A stretch of DNA of 21,016 nucleotides. Origin: an uncultured Verrucomicrobiales bacterium (lineage in GTDB: Bacteria; Verrucomicrobiota; Verrucomicrobiia; Verrucomicrobiales; DEV007). The translations under genes and the position numbers were made by a program. Positions within the stretch are counted from its first letter, which is position 1. Every line of letters starts with the position of its first letter. The stretch is taken from contig CALKOM010000066.1 of assembly GCA_938091905.1 (NCBI GenBank), positions 1-21,016 on the forward strand, in the 5' to 3' direction. A model generated the notes under the pieces. The model did no database searches. It saw only the letters and a program-made list of their open reading frames with translations, and was not told the DNA's origin. Positions 17,027 to 21,016 of this stretch are shown piece by piece.

Positions 17027-19257
17027 TAGAGCAGGCAGGAAGCCCGGCGCTCTTCAAAGGAATGGCGGGCTGCTGCCCAGACCTTGTGAATCTCAGTGAG
17101 CGGGGCTCCCGCTTTCACGAGCTCGTAGGTCTTTGGGTGAACTAACAGTTTCTTGAATTTGGAGAAATCTGCCACCTGAGCATGGTGCTTGGCGATGTAG
17201 GTGGCGATGGCCAAGCCAGTGTCGACGCTACGGTAGGCCGTTCTGTCGGTTATGGTGAAACGTAGTCCGTGACAAAGCTCTCCCTCGAACTTGGAGGCCG
17301 TCGGCGTGTAGTCGATGGCTTCAAAAGTGATCCCAGGAAGGTTGTAAGTCTCCAAATACTTGATGAGTGCTACAGAATCGAGGTAGGGAGCTCCAATCAC
17401 CTCGAACGGTGTCTCGGTCCCGCGACCAACAGAAAGTTTCATGAACTCTAACAGTCCGATTCCTGGGTAAAGAACGGCTTCGGTCAGGTTCCGCATGTTT
17501 GGTGAGGGATTGATCCACGTGAGGTCGGTGTTATCTTGATAGAGTTCGCGGCGCCAACCTTCCACGGGGACGACGTGGAGATCGAGATCGAGCTTTAGCT
17601 CTCGTTTCATAAGAATGGCGAGTTCTCCAACCGTCATCCCGTGGCGCAGCGGGATGGGGTGGGTGGCCGTGAAGGATGTTTTCCCATCCAAGATGGGGCC
17701 ATCAATCGTGTGCCCATTGATCGGATTGATTCGGTCTAGCACGACGAACTTAAGCTTACGCGTTGCTGCCTCTTCCATCGCATGCTTCATGGTCGAAATG
17801 TAGGTGTAGAACCGGCAACCAATGTCTTGAATATCGAAGACGAGAGCGTCCAATCCATCCAACTGTTCAGGCTTGGGTTTCTTGGTCACCCCGTAGAGGC
17901 TATAGACGGGCAAACTGGTCTTACTATCTTTCCCATCTGCAATCTCAGCCTGGTCCATTTCGCCACGGATGCCATGTTCAGGCCCGAAGAGAACTTTCAG
18001 TGTTACCTGAGGCGATTGATGTAGAAGGTCGATGGTCGATTTATCAGACCGCGTTCGGCCCGTGTGATTAGTGATCAGTCCAACCGTGAGTCCGTTGAGG
18101 TCTCGGAAGCGTCGCTTGGCGAGGACATCGACGCCGTTAAGGACAGTGCGAGGGGTCGTGATCCGATAGTGCCTTGTAGCTTCAGCTGCGAGAGAGGACA
18201 GAGTGTAGCGTGTGTCTCGGGTGCGCCCTGCTTCCGTCGGATGATTGCGGTTGCTTAGAAAGATAACGAACGAGTTTGACGGTGGATCGATCCATACCGA
18301 CGTCCCTGTCCAGCCTGTGTGCCCAAAGGAAGATGGGCTGTAGTGCTCGCCTCGTAGCGATGCGTAGGGCGAATTGACGTCCCAACCAAGACCGCGAGCC
18401 GCCGTGATCGTCTCAAGCTGGTTTGGCCGCGTCATGAGAGTCACTGTCTCAGGCTTAAAGATTGGTTTGCCGCCGTCTAAAAACATCTTGGCGTATTTGG
18501 CGACATCGGCAGCTGTGGTGAAGAGACCGGCATGACCAGTCACGCCTTGCATGCGACGCGACGTAGGATCGTGGACGACTCCATGAACGACACCATCTTC
18601 TTCCACGGTGGTCGGCGCGATGCGATCTCGCAAGGCTGCGTTGGGGATGAATGTGGTATCCCCCATCTTCAGTGGGCCAAAGATCTCTTTCTTGCAGAAC
18701 TCATTTAAGGGTAAGCCACTCACCCGGCGAACGAGTTCTCCTAACAAGATAAAATTGATGTCGCTGTAAACGAACTTGGTGTCGGGCTCGTGGATTGGCT
18801 TTTCAGCCCAGATGCGTTTTAGTCCTTCGTTGTAGCCAGACCAATCTGGCTTGCGAGATATGCCCGGTCTAAGTCCCGACGTGTGCGTCATGAGCTGGCG
18901 GACGAGAATCCGTTCCTTACCATCGCCGACAAACTCCGGAACATAGGTGGCCGCAGTTTTGGTGAGATCGATGAGACCGCGCTCGACAAGGAGCATGATA
19001 GCTGGTGTGGTAGCCACGACCTTCGTCAACGAAGCGGCATCATAGAGAGTCCCCTTAGAATTAGGTGTGATGTTAGAAACAAGCGTGCGATTGCCGTAGG
19101 CCTTGTGATAGATCTTCTCACCATGCTGAAACCATAGAATGCCACCAGGAAAGTGTTTCTCGTGAATGCCGAGGCGCACGGTGGCGTCCATAGAGTCCAG
19201 ATGATTCTGGGCAAATGCTGAGTGAAGGAGACAAACGAAGACTAGAATCGATCGCAT
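17023..19257 (-). CDS. namZ: fusion of serine hydrolase/beta-lactamase family (AmiE-like) and DUF1343 exo-beta-N-acetylmuramidase NamZ (GH171)
   Basis: Signal peptide; N-domain ASLTK (SxxK), LMTHTSGL, YSD.NF, GVVHDP, GHAGLF, FGHTGWTG; C-domain from ~18147: GLITNHTG, FGPEHG.RG, FDIQDIG.RFYTYISTM, VLDR.NP, RHGMT.GELA, PSPNM, SVGRGT..PFE..GAP. Confidence 0.92.
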   Translation of the reverse strand: MRSILVFVCLLHSAFAQNHLDSMDATVRLGIHEKHFPGGILWFQHGEKIYHKAYGNRTLVSNITPNSKGTLYDAASLTKVVATTPAIMLLVERGLIDLTKTAATYVPEFVGDGKERILVRQLMTHTSGLRPGISRKPDWSGYNEGLKRIWAEKPIHEPDTKFVYSDINFILLGELVRRVSGLPLNEFCKKEIFGPLKMGDTTFIPNAALRDRIAPTTVEEDGVVHGVVHDPTSRRMQGVTGHAGLFTTAADVAKYAKMFLDGGKPIFKPETVTLMTRPNQLETITAARGLGWDVNSPYASLRGEHYSPSSFGHTGWTGTSVWIDPPSNSFVIFLSNRNHPTEAGRTRDTRYTLSSLAAEATRHYRITTPRTVLNGVDVLAKRRFRDLNGLTVGLITNHTGRTRSDKSTIDLLHQSPQVTLKVLFGPEHGIRGEMDQAEIADGKDSKTSLPVYSLYGVTKKPKPEQLDGLDALVFDIQDIGCRFYTYISTMKHAMEEAATRKLKFVVLDRINPINGHTIDGPILDGKTSFTATHPIPLRHGMTVGELAILMKRELKLDLDLHVVPVEGWRRELYQDNTDLTWINPSPNMRNLTEAVLYPGIGLLEFMKLSVGRGTETPFEVIGAPYLDSVALIKYLETYNLPGITFEAIDYTPTASKFEGELCHGLRFTITDRTAYRSVDTGLAIATYIAKHHAQVADFSKFKKLLVHPKTYELVKAGAPLTEIHKVWAAARHSFEERRASCLLY

Positions 19258-19266
19258 GGAAACAGG

Positions 19267-20577
19267 CTACGGCTGCCAAGGGATTCGTCCAGCCTGTTGA
19301 AGGTGGTCCATGAGCTGGCGACGAAGCACATTGGCCTGCGGTCCCTTGGCCTCCTTGGGGCGTTCTTCCCAAGGGTCGGTCTTGAGATTTACAAGTTGCA
19401 TGGGCTCAAATGGTGAACTTTGAGTCAGTTTCCAGTCGCCCTGACGAATGGCGTAGTAGGCGCGGCCCTGATAGGTGTTATTGCCCTCGCGTCGTACCCA
19501 GATCATGGTGCGCTCGGGATCAGTCTTTCCATCCCGCAGCCACACGTCAGTCAAGCTTTGTCCATCGATCGGCTGATCGATTGGAACCTCAGCGATCTCG
19601 CACAGGGTTGGTAGGAAATCCATGGTCATGCCAGGCTCTTCAGATCTTCGACTCGCAATGGTGCCAGGCCAGACGACGCAGGTTGGCACACGGATGCCAC
19701 CTTCCCAATGATCTTGTTTGCCGCCTCGCAGTTTGCCATTGCTTTGGGCATGGTAGAGGGAACCGCCATTGTCGGAGGAGAAGATGACCATGGTTTCTTC
19801 CTCAATGCCTGCAGCTTTGATCGAGGCAATAACCTTGCCGATGCCATCATCGAGATGCTCAACAAAGGCGACGTTTTTTGCGCGCTTCTCGTTGAGTTGG
19901 GGCTCCCGTGCTTTGACACGGTCTAACCATTCTTGGGGTGGTTGGATCGGGAAATGAGGTGCGTTGTAAGCTAGGTAGAGAAAGAATGGCGCCTCTTCTT
20001 TCGCTTCTGCGGTGACGTAGTCGATTGCCCATTGGCTGAAGAGCTCGGTGGCATGCCCTTTCGGATCGATGACTTCTTTATTCTTGCGCATCCAATTCAC
20101 GTCACCTCGTAAGTGCGTATAGTAGTCATCCATCATGTCACCGAGGAAGCCGTGAAAGAAATCAAAGCCTCGATCATTGGGAATGTTAGGCGACTTGAAC
20201 CCGAGGTGCCATTTCCCGACCATGCCCGTGCGATAGCCACCTTTCTTGAGATAATCTGGAAGGGTGGGGGACTTCGGATCCAAATGGCCCCAGCTGTCTT
20301 TATCCCACTGACGAATGACGCCGGGCACGCCAGAAATGTCAGGATAACGTCCCGTCATGAGAGAAGCGCGGGTGGGCGAACAAACCGTACAATTGGCGTA
20401 GAACTGATCGAGCCGAAGCCCACGGCTCATCAGGGAATCGAGGTGAGGCGTCTTGAGATCGGTTGCCCCGAATGAACTTAGGTCACCGTAGCCGTGGTCG
20501 TCGACCAAGATCAGAACAATATTCGGTTTGGCGTGAGCCGACATCAACGCCAGTGCCAGAAGCAGGAGGATACGCAT
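19267..20577 (-). CDS. formylglycine-dependent sulfatase (S1), exported
   Basis: Signal MRILLLLALALMSAHA; PNIVLILVDDHG; CSPTRASLMTGRY (CxPxR); GKWHLG; YNAPH; SDNG; WEGGIRVP. ATG 20577 preferred over TTG 20613. Confidence 0.95.
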   Translation of the reverse strand: MRILLLLALALMSAHAKPNIVLILVDDHGYGDLSSFGATDLKTPHLDSLMSRGLRLDQFYANCTVCSPTRASLMTGRYPDISGVPGVIRQWDKDSWGHLDPKSPTLPDYLKKGGYRTGMVGKWHLGFKSPNIPNDRGFDFFHGFLGDMMDDYYTHLRGDVNWMRKNKEVIDPKGHATELFSQWAIDYVTAEAKEEAPFFLYLAYNAPHFPIQPPQEWLDRVKAREPQLNEKRAKNVAFVEHLDDGIGKVIASIKAAGIEEETMVIFSSDNGGSLYHAQSNGKLRGGKQDHWEGGIRVPTCVVWPGTIASRRSEEPGMTMDFLPTLCEIAEVPIDQPIDGQSLTDVWLRDGKTDPERTMIWVRREGNNTYQGRAYYAIRQGDWKLTQSSPFEPMQLVNLKTDPWEERPKEAKGPQANVLRRQLMDHLQQAGRIPWQP

Positions 20578-20583
20578 GGTGAG

Positions 20584-20613
20584 AGGATGCACTTGGTTCC
20601 GTCGCGAAATCAA
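20584..20613 (-). promoter_or_regulatory. putative leaderless promoter of the sulfatase operon
   Basis: Minus strand TTGATT-N18-CATCCT-N6-ATG (20577); no Shine-Dalgarno. Confidence 0.4.
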
Positions 20614-20692
20614 GTCGCGTTCGCAATCAAAGGAGCGTTAAAAGTGACTCTATTCTTGGCAGCACCCTACTCATCATGGTGGGGTTGAGGGC

Positions 20693-20877
20693 ATGGTGAA
20701 ACTGTCGATCCTTCTATCTCTGCTATTACTATCTTTGCCACTTTCGGCTCAAGAGGCCACCACTCAAGAGGCCACCACTCTCTTCGAAGAGCGTTCCGTC
20801 GTCTATACAGGAGGGGAGTATGAGAATAAAACGTTCGGCTATCGATTGCTCAAACCTGAGACCATTGAGGAAGGGAA
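20693..20877 (+). pseudogene. 5' fragment of an exported phospholipase/carboxylesterase-like (predicted peptidase) gene interrupted by an IS
   Basis: Signal peptide, then FEERSVVYTGGEYENKTFGYRLLKPETIEEG. In this family this normally continues KKYPLVLFLHG; here IS sequence takes over at 20878 and gives a stop at 20896. Confidence 0.7.
20748..20780 (+). repeat. perfect 15-bp tandem duplication (QEATT x2)
   Basis: CTCAAGAGGCCACCA x2 + CTC, in frame, directly after the signal peptide. Confidence 0.9.
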
Positions 20878-21016
20878 TGAAGTTCCCCCAAATTGATGGA
20901 CACGGTTGAGCAGGTCTGACACAACCATACCCGGACCATGTCAAAGAGAAGAAAGACCTATACGCAAGAGTTCCGAGAAGGCGCTGTGGACCTCATGAGG
21001 AACAGTGACCAGCCGC
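20878..21016 (+). mobile_element. IS3-family insertion sequence, left end (partial)
   Basis: Starts 5'-TG with an IS3-type IRL TGAAGTTCCCCCAAATTGATGGACAC, followed 60 nt in by an OrfA-like reading frame. Confidence 0.85.
20938..21016 (+). CDS. IS3-family transposase OrfA N-terminus (partial)
   Basis: MSKRRKTYTQEFREGAVDLMRNSDQP fits the RxxYxxEFKxxAV start of IS3 OrfA (HTH_Tnp_1). Not in the ORF track. Confidence 0.85.
   Translation, partial: MSKRRKTYTQEFREGAVDLMRNSDQP

Noticed and set aside
18150..19257. Beta-lactam resistance gene
   Set aside because: SxxK fold only; fusion to NamZ and the GVVHDP/GHAGLF motifs fit AmiE-like hydrolases better.
1..21016. CRISPR array, tRNA, rRNA, prophage or defence system
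   Set aside because: No repeat-spacer periodicity, cloverleaf or rRNA-like sequence, and no phage or defence proteins recognised.

Overview
A gene-dense bacterial chromosomal segment whose gene content (PSCyt1/DUF1549/DUF1553 + DUF1501 pair, Tat-exported Gfo/Idh/MocA + HEAT-repeat pair, sulfatase, ThuA-like protein) points to the PVC superphylum, most likely Verrucomicrobia (inference). In order: partial ThuA-like gene (-), class I aspartate aminotransferase plus a 60-aa membrane protein (+), NRAMP-like transporter lacking the metal-binding motifs (-), BON-like/double-OmpA protein (+), cytochrome c-DUF1549-DUF1553/DUF1501 operon (+) preceded by an OmpR/PhoB-type operator array, DUF4212-actP-yheT-like operon (-), a ~460 bp unexplained spacer, oxidoreductase-HEAT operon (+), sulfatase plus AmiE-like/NamZ fusion operon (-), and a secreted esterase-like gene cut by an IS3-family element that runs off the window end. 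No rRNA, tRNA or CRISPR array was seen. Best lead: a response-regulator-controlled (Pho-box/CusR-box-like) DUF1553-DUF1501 periplasmic system. All family calls come from motif recognition by eye, not database searches.
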